64,000 bases of DNA from Eukaryota sp. TZLM1-RC (GCA_040285825.1 JAUPSS010000012.1:600144-664143); one strand, 5' to 3'. Numbered from the stretch's first letter, positions 11,490 to 24,767 are shown. The notes: generated by a model not told the origin, from the sequence alone. A program made the numbers and translations.

Positions 11490-12594
11490 CTATAAAGTTA
11501 ACCGTAATCTTTAAACGTTAATTCATTTAAAATAATTATTTAGAAAGCAACATTACCCGTAATTACACATATACGATTTACTCATTCAAGTGCTGATGCT
11601 CTATCAAAATGGCTCATAATTTGAAATTTGTGTTTCATTCTCTCCTCAGTTCATTTCAAAAACACAGGGAATGTTGGTTCAATAAATTGAGTGCTATTAA
11701 GTCTGGGTACTGAAATACAAGAAATATTTTTGATTTTGACTCAAAAATGAATTATGTTTTTATAACTACAGAAAAAAACCCAACTGAGCAAACTCCAGTC
11801 AATCTTTATAATCCTGTAAAATGGAAACTACAAAAAAATATTACTTAGTATTAATTAATAAGAAGTAATTCCACTAAACATTCATTAAGATGAATGCCAA
11901 CTCAACAAATCCAATTTATTCCTTGGATTGTGATCTCGTGTTTTATAACCATGTGTCAATTGCTGAATTTCCTCAAAAGAGTTTCGCAACAAATATTTGT
12001 AACAATAAGAAGAAAAATTGTTTCAACCTCCTTACATAATTGAATTGTTTTATTGAACTACAACACTTAATAAAATTCAAATTGACAAAAACTAATTCTC
12101 ATTTGGCACATTACAGAAGACAACGTCAACAGCAGCTTTAGAGTCCGCAACCCTATCGCATTATATATCACCCCTGTCATCAACTAAAAATATTCAATGA
12201 CAGTTCATCTTTCACCAGAGGCTCTTTAATACACCAGATTCAGGCAGTTCATGCCATATTGAACACAGTGCCTCTAACAGCATCATGTTATGAAGAACAA
12301 TCAGTTATCAATTCCGAACAATTCAGAGCATGATGCAAAAGTGAGCTGTGGTGAATTTGAATACACTTTTTAGTGATAATTGATCAATAGGAATGTTCAA
12401 ACATATTTATGCAAAAAAATAAAATAGTCTATAACATATAACAACAAATATAAGATAAGGTAACCGATGAAAACTCATTCGCAATGGTTCATGCATATGT
12501 TCTGAAACATTGTGGAAGTTGTGAAACAGCAGGGTTTTTCAAATATAAACAAAAACTAAGCTTTTTAAATAGACTCATCTACCTTAATAAACAA

Positions 12595-15500
12595 TCACAG
12601 GGTTTTTGGTGAAATTTTAAGGTAGGGTTTATTTTTGGAGAAAATAATAATAGCATTTGAATCACAAAATACTGTGACGGGCAATTGGTCATTTGATAGA
12701 GTTCTCACATTCATGCTGCCTACACTGTCTTTGGTCAACGCAGCTGGCATGAACATGTAAGAATCCTGCTGTGCCTTACACAGCCTATATTTGGAATCTC
12801 TTAGTTCAAGATAACAGGATTGTTGATTTATAAATTGGTCATCAATAAGAACAATGTTGAAATTCTTGGATCGGAATAAATCAGGCTTAAAATATAATTG
12901 GAGCATTGTAGTTAGTGTACAGTTTTTACTACTACTACTAGTGAAAACATCTTCCAAATTATTAAATACAGATTCACAATCAGTTTCACCGTAAAGAAAC
13001 AGAGTAGCTGCCTCTAAAGATAGATTTCGGTGGTCTTTCTCCACAACAGTTGCCAATGTAAAACAATCTGAATTATCATCATCTTCATCATGTTGCAACA
13101 ATAGTCGCGATTGAGGAATTTTGATATACTCAGCAACAGTATCATTATCCCAAACCAAATTTCGATCGTCAAAAGATAACATCTTACTTATGAAGAAAAA
13201 AAGACCATATTCTACCAACTGCTAGTTGCTCATCATCAGACAATGCTTCAAAACTGTGAGACAGCAAAAATTCTCCCATACTCGTAAACCATGAATCAAA
13301 TTGAAGGACGGAATCTGGGGATTTTTCAACTAAAGAAATAAATAACTCATGTGTGAGATACTCGCTGGTGGAAAAACGGTTAGCCAAATCATTTCTACCC
13401 GAAAAATAACAACAACAATATGTCAATAAAAATCCATGCGCTGCAAAAGTAGACCCGGAATCCTCAGCCAATGCCTGTTGATAGGAAATCAACGAGAGAT
13501 CCAAACAGTGTGCTCTCCTGGAATGCAAATTTTGAGCAAAATAACGGAATGTATCCCCTAGAATAGTGAAGAACTGAGAAATTTGACGTTCTTTAACAAA
13601 ACCTTCAGGCACATCGTAATCTCCAAATTTTTCAACAATTTTGCCACTGTTGTTAAAAATACAAATGGCTTCATCTATAAGTTTTTCAACTTCGAATCCC
13701 TCTTTTGCACAAATTTTCAAAAACGAACATTGAAGCTGACTATATAATAATTCTGAAGGAAGATTTTCGCTAGTACATCGGATTAAAAAATAGAGATCAA
13801 AAGCATCTTTTGGTTGAATTTTAATTTTACCTCTTCGATTAAGAAATAACTTGCGAATAACCTTTATAAAAACAGAATGAAACCATGCTTCGCTTCCAGA
13901 ATCCCAAAGAAGACGAAAAGCATTCATAATAGTTGATTCGCCAGAGTTGGTTGACGGGCAATTGGTCATTTGATAGAGTTCTCACATTCATGCTGCCTAC
14001 ACTGTCTTTGGTCAACGCAGCTGGCATGAACATGTAAGAATCCTGCTGTGCCTTACACAGCCTATATTTGGAATCTCTTAGTTCAAGATAACAGGATTGT
14101 TGATTTATAAATTGGTCATCAATAAGAACAATGTTGAAATTCTTGGATCGGAATAACTCAGGCTTAAAATATAATTGGAGCATTGTAGTTAGTGTACAGT
14201 TTTTACTACTACTACTAGTGAAAACATCTTCCAAATTATTAAATACAGATTCACAATCAGTTTCACCGTAAAGAAACAGAGTAGCTGCCTCTAAAGATAG
14301 ATTTCGGTGGTCTTTCTCCACAACAGTTGCCAATGTAAAACAATCTGAATTATCATCATCTTCATCATGTTGCAACAATAGTCGCGATTGAGGAATTTTG
14401 ATATACTCAGCAACAGTATCATTATCCCAAACCAAATTTCGATCGTCAAAAGATAACATCTTACTTATGAAGAAAAAAGACCATATTCTACCAACTGCTA
14501 GTTGCTCATCATCAGACAATGCTTCAAAACTGTGAGACAGCAAAAATTCTCCCATACTCGTAAACCATGAATCAAATTGAAGGACGGAATCTGGGGATTT
14601 TTCAACTAAAGAAATAAATAACTCATGTGTGAGATACTCGCTGGTGGAAAAACGGTTAGCCAAATCATTTCTACCCGAAAAATAACAACAACAATATGTC
14701 AATAAAAATCCATGCGCTGCAAAAAGTAGACCCGGAATCCTCAGCCAATGCCTGTTGATAGGAAATCAACGAGAGATCCAAACAGTGTGCTCTCCTGGAA
14801 TGCAAATTTTGAGCAAAATAACGGAATGTATCCCCTAGAATAGTGAAGAACTGAGAAATTTGACGTTCTTTAACAAAACCTTCAGGCACATCGTAATCTC
14901 CAAATTTTTCAACAATTTTGCCACTGTTGTTAAAAATACAAATGGCTTCATCTATAAGTTTTTCAACTTCGAATCCCTCTTTTGCACAAATTTTCAAAAA
15001 CGAACATTGAAGCTGACTATATAATAATTCTGAAGGAAGATTTTCGCTAGTACATCGGATTAAAAAATAGAGATCAAAAGCATCTTTTGGTTGAATTTTA
15101 ATTTTACCTCTTCGATTAAGAAATAACTTTCGAATAACCTTTATAAAAACAGAATGAAACCATGCTTCGCTTCCAGAATCCCAAAGAAGACGAAAAGCAT
15201 TCATAATAGTTGATTCGCCAGAGTTGGTTGAAGAAGAACAAATTATTTCAGCAACAGTTCTATTTATACAAAATAGACCTGTACCAGCTCCAACAGCAGG
15301 GAGAATAATTCTGTTAAAACAAGGCAACTTTTCAAAATTAGAATGAAATCTTTCAGAAGTGAATAAATCAAGGGGAAATTGTTCTGATTTCCCAGTCACC
15401 GAAACAAGACAATAAAATAGAAATAGTCCTTTATCTCGATCGTTCAGTTTCTTCCACATTGAATCGAGCAAACTCTTAACTGTAGTCTCAGCTAAGGAAA

Positions 15501-16948
15501 AATTCTTCTTAAATAATGCAATTCCTATATATAAGAAATCTTTTTCAACATGTCGTCCTAGTTTTTTTGTTTAATTGATCACAACGTTTGTTCAAAGTAG
15601 AAATAAAATTGTCTCTATAAAGATTCATTTCATACGTGTATTTTTTGTATCGAAACATCCTTTCTTTCAAGGCCGGTAACTTGTTTCCAATGTACACCAA
15701 ATGAAAAAACTGAAAGTGTCTCTGGCTAAGTGTATTCATGAGTTTGTGTACATTGTTCAACGGCAAATCCTTACAAAATAAAACTACACTGTTAATATAG
15801 ATAAGACTTTCATATACTTTGTCCGGGGTATCAGACACAAATTTCTCCAATTGATAACAAACCACATTGTTTAATTTCGATAATGCAAAATAAATAGCAG
15901 TTGTTAGTCCAATACACGGTGATTTCCGTTGGACGCAAGTAACATATTTTCCTTTTGGTGATAAGTCGCTAAATTCTTGGCAAATGTCTTTCATTCCAGA
16001 ATGTACTGGAACTGAATGATCACATTCATAAGAAAAAAGGCTTGGATGTACCCTACCTCCTTGAAAAAAATTTTCTAGAGCTTGAAGTGCATCTTCGTCG
16101 CTGGCGAAAGGTTGAAAATTAATGACAGAGAAATGTTGATTAGGCCCATTGAGAGCCGCATGTTTAAAAGGGAAGCGGTAATCGACAATGGGATCGTAAG
16201 TATTTAACAAATTGAAAATTAGGTTTGATAATTGACAAAATGAAATTTTGATTAAATTACGCATATTAAAGTTTGCATCCATCTTATAAACATAACAAGG
16301 TTTACCATTAATAGGAGAAACTTGACTAGGAGCACAATTGATATCTTCCCTGGCTGAAACATGTAGTGCAGCTTTAATATTTGATAACTGAACAAGTTGT
16401 GCTTCATAAGTACTAAATAACGACTCAGATGCCGTATCAAAATACGTTACAAACGGATATGCAAACAAATTGTAAACAAAATGAGAATACTGTTGCAATA
16501 TTGATGTGAATTCCTCCGAATTGAACAAAACAGCACACCCACGGGTCTCCGAAACTGATTTGGGCAAAACTGAAGGAAAATTTTTCAGAAAATGGGCTTT
16601 TTGACTTTTATCAAGGTCTCGAAAATGAACGGGCCTATTTTCAATGCGACTGAAGTAAGTTTGTATAAGGTTTTTGTAGAGCATAGGAATTGTATTCTTG
16701 ATCATTAAGCGCTTGTCACTAACGAAGAACTCTATCATCCAAATAGATCTTTTCGAGGCTATATCAAAGAGATAATGAACACGAAAATCTGGTACGAAAT
16801 TTAAATAGTAGGACATGGCACTGATGAGATTAATTTTATAAGGGTAAGGCTTCACATCAAGGAGACTAGGGAGGTCAGCTAACTTGGTTTTCAAAGGCTC
16901 TATCTCAACAGTTTCTTCACTGTGCAAGATAATGTAAACAGCCTTCAC
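12595..16948 (-). CDS. SAMD9-like copy 2 (type 2, N-truncated) with a 1277-bp tandem duplication of its 3' region
   Basis: Best-quality copy: ORFs 15545-16948 (467 aa), 14671-15471 and 13839-14702. The block starting at 12675 is repeated at 13952. Confidence 0.72.
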
Positions 16949-18484
16949 AATCGGAAAATAATTCTTCTCAGTCCATTGACCCTTTGTAACAAATTGTCAG
17001 TACTGAAGTATTAGGTATGTTAATCATAAAACTAATCATAGAATTGATAAAACTCAAATATTCACTCAGACGTTTTTTTCTCACAAAATCTTCTAATAAT
17101 TGTGAAGTTGCTGTATTCACATGGTAGTTGTCCTTATCACAATGTTTGGAAACAAAAACCAGACTTGTCTTGCACCATAATAACAGTGCTTCACATTTTT
17201 CATTTCGAAAAAGTAATTATTTAAATGATTAGTTATAAAAAAATCATATATAAATATATTAATAAGACTATATTAAGACTAGTTAAATCACATAAAAGGT
17301 TGTTGTCAACAAACATCCAAAAATCCAAAAACATGTAGACTATACAGAAACACGTAATCAGGTCTTTCTTGACCATAATCATCTTACAACAGTTAAAAAC
17401 AGAATGATTGATGATTAATTAGTCGTTTATGTGTTTATCAATAGAAACTCAAAATAAAGAGAATTACTCTCAATATTTGGTGGAGACTCTCAAATTGAAA
17501 ATAATAATAATGATGAATGGAACCCTACAATAGCATTTGAATAACAAACAACAACTACATCATCAAAGCCAACATTAGTTGTAACAAGGGTCTTAATGTT
17601 TCATCACTAACTTCATCATCTAGATCATCTGAACCTTAAGTTTTGGCATTGGTAAATTTCAAGTTTAAATTGTGTTCAATCAACCAACTTAAGGTTAATG
17701 GTAAATTATATCATTTACATGTAAAAACATGATAATTAACTAAAACCCAAACCAGCGAAAATCATCCTTCATGAGAAATTTTAGTTAGTTTAATAATAAA
17801 TAAATAATAAATAAGAATAAAGATTTCCACTCAAAACCATGTTCTAGGTTCAAATACCACCACCTCCAACAAAATAACAGTAGAAATCCCAATGTTTGTG
17901 GGTTCAACTCCCAGTTGTCGGAAATCATATGGGGTAATCATAAGGGAATAGAGGGTGCAAATGTGATGAAAATCAGCAAGCTAAGGTCAATGAAATGTAT
18001 AATGAAGTTTGCTGGACAATACAGGTGTGGAATGGAAACTGAATGTCCCAGGTATGAATTTGAAGTAAAGTAGAATACAGTGTGGAGAACGATGGTGGTG
18101 AATATCAAGTATCTTTCTTGTTGAAATAAGCACGAGCACATCAAGAGAATGATCAAGAAAAAGAGTGATTATACCAGAGACACATTATATGGATGATACG
18201 AAAGTAGAGGGAATGAACTGAAAGAACTACACCAAGAATGAAGTGAGTTGGGTTTCAAAGAATATCTTGAAAGGATATCTGTAATGTTTACAGTTTCTGA
18301 AGGGTGTAAAAATATCCGATCGATCGGCTTGGACAGAAGATTCAAAACCTAATATCCGAGGGTCGTCTAGGTTATTTAGATTGTGCTACGTCAATAACAG
18401 GATTCTTGAACTTTATAGACAGAATAATCAAGGCTGACTATGTAAGTCTAAAAATAATATGAAGTTATTGCTTCTTTGTTATTT

Positions 18485-19215
18485 AATATTTATTGAATTT
18501 TCACACTTAATTAAATTAACTCATAACTAATGGGACGACTATCATTGAACCAAGATTTCCTCTACAAAAATCTTGATCTGCTTGCTGTCTAGCTAAAGCT
18601 TCTCTTATTCGATTGAAAAACCGAGGTAATCTATTAATAATGGCAAATTGAATCCGTGAACGCCATAAGCCAATATCAAAACTTTTCATTGTTTTTACTT
18701 GAACATTTTTTTGGAAATCATTCAAAAAAGTTTCTGCTTCATTTGATAATCTTCCATTAATCGAAAATGGGAAAGCAATAAAAACCAGCTGTGTATTTCT
18801 ATCAACATTAGCCTCCTCAGTATCTGTATCATATTTTCTATGTCTTTCTTTTGCTTTAAAATCAAGAACACTTACAGGACCAAGTTTTCCTCTGTGAACA
18901 ACAGTATCATTTGCATCATTACATGAGACAAAGTCAAAAGTAGCTTCAGAATTATCAATCCAATCACAGTATACAGCAACTTTATCACCAGAACCAAAAT
19001 AATTCTGAGAACGTGTTTGCTTTAGCAGAGGCTCTTTGTTACACGATATGCTTACAGTTTGTGCTATATTGAAAAGAGTGTCTCTAACAGGATCATGTAA
19101 TGAAGAACGATAAGTTATCAATTTAGAACAATTCAGAGCATGATGCAAAGTGAGCTGTGGTGAATTTGAATACACTTTTTAGTGATAATTGATCAATAGG
19201 AATGTTCAAACATAT
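18485..19215 (-). mobile_element. RLE domain fragment (family E, minus copy), chimeric with family D at its 5' end
   Basis: ORF 18516-19175 (219 aa) covers knuckle to C-terminus. From ~19130 the sequence is identical to the D remnant. Confidence 0.88.
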
Positions 19216-19402
19216 TTATGCAAAAAATAAAATAGTCTATAACATATAACAACAAATATAAGATAAGGTAACCGATGAAAACTCATTCGCAATGGTTCAT
19301 GCATATGTTCTGAAACATTGTGGAAGTTGTGAAACAGCAGGGTTTTTCAAATATAAACAAAAACTAAGCTTTTTAAATAGACTCATCTACCTTAATAAAC
19401 AA

Positions 19403-22400
19403 TCACAGGGTTTTTGGTGAAATTTTAAGGTAGGGTTTATTTTTGGAGAAAATAATAATAGCATTTGAATCACAAAATACTGTGATGTTGTTGTCGAACT
19501 TAAATTGAATTAGTAGGTTTCATTGTATTTTTGACTGATGACGTGATACTCGTTTATGAATCAGTTTTATTAATAAACTCAGATTTCTCTCTCTCCTTCG
19601 TGTGTTCATCTGCCTAACGGCATCAATAATTATTGGCCCTTCTTATTTCAGATGACTGTTCCCTCTGTTAACCTGACGTCTCTTTCTTCCATGAAAGTTG
19701 AAAGTGTTCTTCTGTTCCTATAGGAGTGAAAGATTTATTCTTCGGTGACTCCTAAGAAAGAGCTTGTTCCAGCAAGACTCTTGGTCGATTCTTTTCTGTT
19801 AGAGTCCCTATCTCTCCAGAAATCCGACGGCTGATCCAGTGACGATGTTCTTCTCAGACATCTACAATCTGTCGTATCGTTCGCCATGTACGAAGATTTT
19901 TAGTCTGGCTATGTCAGAACTGATGCTTTATGTCCGTATTGGTGACGTCCGAGAACGTATGTCCTGTTACCTGCGACGTTTTTTTCCAGGTAAAGAGTAG
20001 GGCTTCCGGACTGAAGTTGCCAGACATAGCTTTTTCTGAACCGATTTGCCAGAGGACTTCTTTTCGTAGGTATCCAACGTTCTCATACCATCGATGCACC
20101 GGAGAATTTAACAAACCCCATATCTCCCCTCTATTGAGCCAGTACTGTATTTGTCCTCAGAAAATGAGAAAAAGTAGTGTTGTTGTCGAACTTAAATTGA
20201 ATTAGTAGGTTTCATTGTATTTTTGACTGATGACGTGATACTCGTTTATGAATCAGTTTTATTAATAAACTCAGATTTCTCTCTCTCCTTCGTGTGTTCA
20301 TCTGCCTAACGGCATCAGTGACGGGCAATTGGTCATTTGATAGAGTTCTCACATTCATGCTGCCTACACTGTCTTTGGTCAACGCAGCTGGCATGAACAT
20401 GTAAGAATCCTGCTGTGCCTTACACAGCCTATATTTGGAATCTCTTAGTTCAAGATAACAGGATTGTTGATTTATAAATTGGTCATCAATAAGAACAATG
20501 TTGAAATTCTTGGATCGGAATAACTCAGGCTTAAAATATAATTGGAGCATTGTAGTTAGTGTACAGTTTTTACTACTACTACTAGTGAAAACATCTTCCA
20601 AATTATTAAATACAGATTCACAATCAGTTTCACCGTAAAGAAACAGAGTAGCTGCCTCTAAAGATAGATTTCGGTGGTCTTTCTCCACAACAGTTGCCAA
20701 TGTAAAACAATCTGAATTATCATCATCTTCATCATGTTGCAACAATAGTCGCGATTGAGGAATTTTTGATATACTCAGCAACAGTATCATTATCCCAAAC
20801 CAAATTTCGATCGTCAAAAAGATAACATCTTACTTATGAAGAAAAAAAGACCATATTCTACCAACTGCTAGTTGCTCATCATCAGACAATGCTTCAAAAA
20901 CTGTGAGACAGCAAAAATTCTCCCATACTCGTAAAACCATGAATCAAATTGAAGGACGGAATCTGGGGATTTTTCAACTAAAGAAATAAATAACTCATGT
21001 GTGAGATACTCGCTGGTGGAAAAACGGTTAGCCAAATCATTTCTACCCGAAAAATAACAACAACAATATGTCAATAAAAATCCATGCGCTGCAAAAAGTA
21101 GACCCGGAATCCTCAGCCAATGCCTGTTGATAGGAAATCAACGAGAGATCCAAACAGTGTGCTCTCCTGGAATGCAAATTTTGAGCAAAATAACGGAATG
21201 TATCCCCTAGAATAGTGAAGAACTGAGAAATTTGACGTTCTTTAACAAAACCTTCAGGCACATCGTAATCTCCAAATTTTTCAACAATTTTGCCACTGTT
21301 GTTAAAAAAATACAAATGGCTTCATCTATAAGTTTTTCAACTTCGAATCCCTCTTTTGCACAAATTTTCAAAAACGAACATTGAAGCTGACTATATAATA
21401 ATTCTGAAGGAAGATTTTCGCTAGTACATCGGATTAAAAAATAGAGATCAAAAGCATCTTTTGGTTGAATTTTTAATTTTACCTCTTCGATTAAGAAATA
21501 ACTTTCGAATAACCTTTATAAAAACAGAATGAAACCATGCTTCGCTTCCAGAATCCCAAAGAAGACGAAAAGCATTCATAATAGTTGATTCGCCAGAGTT
21601 GGTTGAAGAAGAACAAATTATTTCAGCAACAGTTCTATTTATACAAAATAGACCTGTACCAGCTCCAACAGCAGGGAGAATAATTCTGTTAAAACAAGGC
21701 AACTTTTCAAAATTAGAATGAAATCTTTCAGAAGTGAATAAATCAAGGGAAATTGTTCTGATTTCCCAGTCACCGAAAACAAGACAATAAAATAGAAATA
21801 GTCCTTTATCTCGATCGTTCAGTTTCTTCCACATTGAATCGAGCAAACTCTTAACTGTAGTCTCAGCTAAGGAAAAATTCTTCTTAAATAATGCAATTCC
21901 TATATATAAGAAATCTTTTCAACATGTCGTCCTAGTTTTTGTTTAATTGATCACAACGTTTGTTCAAAGTAGAAATAAAATTGTCTCTATAAAGATTCAT
22001 TTCATACGTGTATTTTTTTGTATCGAAACATCCTTTCTTTCAAGGCCGGTAACTTGTTTCCAATGTACACCAAATGAAAAAAACTGAAAGTGTCTCTGGC
22101 TAAGTGTATTCATGAGTTTGTGTACATTGTTCAACGGCAAATCCTTACAAAATAAAAACTACACTGTTAATATAGATAAGACTTTCATATACTTTGTCCG
22201 GGGTATCAGACACAAATTTCTCCAATTGATAACAAACCACATTGTTTTAATTTCGATAATGCAAAATAAATAGCAGTTGTTAGTCCAATACACGGTGATT
22301 TCCGTTGGACGCAAGTAACATATTTTCCTTTTGGTGATAAGTCGCTAAATTCTTGGCAAATGTCTTTCATTCCAGAATGTACTGGAACTGAATGATCACA

Positions 22401-23557
22401 TTCATAAGAAAAAAAAGGCTTGGATGTACCCTACCTCCTTGAAAAAAATTTTCTAGAGCTTGAAGTGCATCTTCGTCGCTGGCGAAAGGTTGAAAATTAA
22501 TGACGGAGAGATGTTGATTAGGCCCATTGAGAGCCGCATGTTTAAAAAGGGAAGCGGTAATCGACAATGGGATCGTAAGTATTTAACAAATTGAAAATTA
22601 GGTTTGATAATTGACAAAATGAAATTTTGATTAAATTACGCATATTAAAGTTTGGATCCATCTTATAAACATAACAAGGTTTACCATTAATAGGAGAAAC
22701 TTGACTAGGAGCACAATTGATATCTTCCCTGGCTGAAACATGTAGTGCAGCTTTAATATTTGATAACTCAACAAGTTGTGCTTCATAAGTACTAAATAAC
22801 GACTCAGATGCCGTATCAAAATACGTTACAAATGGATATGCAAACAAATTGTAAACAAAATGAGAATATTGTTGCAATATTGATGTGAATTCCTCCGAAT
22901 TGAACAAAACAGCACACCCACGGGTCTCCGAAACTGATTTGGGCAAAACTGAAGGAAAATTTGTCAGAAACTGGGCTTTTTGACTTTCATCAAGGTCTCG
23001 AAAAAGAACAGACCTATTTTCAATGCGACTGAAGTAAGTTTGTATAAGGTTTTTGTAGAGCATAGGAATTGTATTCTTGATCATTAAGCACTTGTCACTA
23101 ACGAAGAACTCTATCATCCAAATAGATCTTTTTCGAGGCTATATCAAAGAGATAATGAACACGAAAAATCTGGTACGAAATTCAAATAGTAGGACATGGC
23201 ACTAATGAGATTAATTTTATAAGGGTAAGGCTTCATATCAGGGAGACTAGGGAGGTCAGCTAACTTGGTTTTTGAAAGGCTCTATCTCAACAGATTCTTC
23301 ACTGAGCAAGATAATGTAAACAGCTTTCATGTTGTTCTCTGTGACAAAAAGGATTCAAAGTATTATGAAGACCACAGATTGTGTGAAGGAAAGACTTGTG
23401 GGTAGATTCAAATGTAGTGCTTGGATACGATTGAAAGGGGTTGGATCTTTTTGAGATCTAGGTGGTCTTGCTCCACAGGTACTGAAGAAAACCACGAGCG
23501 CAGGGTGTGAAGTATATTTGATCGATGCATCTCAGAAGTAAGTACAAAAAGCTGCAT
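19403..23557 (-). CDS. SAMD9-like copy 3 (type 1), interrupted near the 3' end by a mini-LTR element
   Basis: Same peptide fragments as copy 1. The frame reads into the LTR and stops at 20212. Confidence 0.7.
19486..20317 (+). mobile_element. 832-bp non-autonomous LTR element (TRIM-like, probably Ty3/Gypsy-derived)
   Basis: Identical 140-bp TG...CA LTRs at 19486-19625 and 20178-20317. 4-bp TSD GTGA at 19482-85 and 20318-21. Purine tract AGAAAATGAGAAAAAGTAG before the 3' LTR. The empty site is present in other copies. Confidence 0.95.
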
Positions 23558-24767
23558 TTCCAAGCATCATCATCTCATCACACAACTCCATGTCCTTTGT
23601 TATACGTATTCATTCTTCTTTCTTTACGTTAGACACTGAATTCCGGAAAAAAAGTCTCAAACATGAGCTCCTTTTTTTGATATCATACGAGCAACAATTC
23701 TGAAATCATTGCACTTTCTAGAGTCTTTTTACCTTGGTGAATTCCACACAAAAAGTTTCTCAACAGTTGAGAAGTTAATTCATCCGAAGCTTATTTTTAC
23801 TTGGTGGCTGCAAAGGTTCTACTCTTAATGTACAAACCCAAACTGTGAATAATTCTTAGGATCACGAACAGCATTATGAAGAACTGGCCGATATTGAAGA
23901 AATTTCTTACAACTCACAATACGACGGAAATTGACAGACGGTTTTTTTGTTACAAATACAAGCAAATTATTCAAAAAGTCCACTTGGATACAGCCCTAAT
24001 CTCAAACGCATGTTTTGTTTTTCAAGATTCATTTGTTAGGTGAAGACCGAATAGCCTTGGTTGCTGAGAAATTAAACCAGTGCAATTTTGAATGACTTTC
24101 AAAAAAAAGCGACAAAAAAAAGGAAAAAAAGGGACAGAAACATAAAATTTGTTCCAATTGCATTTTCAATTTTTGGTACCCTTGGAACTGAAGATCTCAA
24201 TTGATTAGATGATTTAGGAAATCTTCTCACAGAAAGTGGTCGTACATTCAGTTTTTATACTGTTTTTCGAGGTTAGATTCTGTGCCCAGAATTGTAGCAA
24301 TGTGGTTGTTGCGGTTGGAGCTCAGAATACGTTCCAGTTACTGTTATTTAACGTAACGTAACAGTTACGGATACGCATCGTCCAACCCTACATCAAATAC
24401 AAATCCCTTGCATCATCATCTCATCTCAGCTTATTATTTCCGCAAAAAGAGTTTCCCAACAATTATATGTAGCAATAAGAAAAAAAATTGTTTCAACCTC
24501 CAGACATAATTGAATTACATTATTAAACTACAACACTTAAATTTAAACTTAAGTTTAAATTGACAAAAAAACTAATTCTATTTAATACCTGAATGGAAGT
24601 TGATAAATTAACCATTTGCAAAAACAATTTTGAAAACACTGCAGTAACATGAACAGATTGAAATACCTTATGATTTTTGTAAAATAGCACAAAGGAATAT
24701 CAACATTTGGACTACAAATTTGCTTCAAAAATCATGATGTTGTTCAAACTGTATTATAATTATACCT

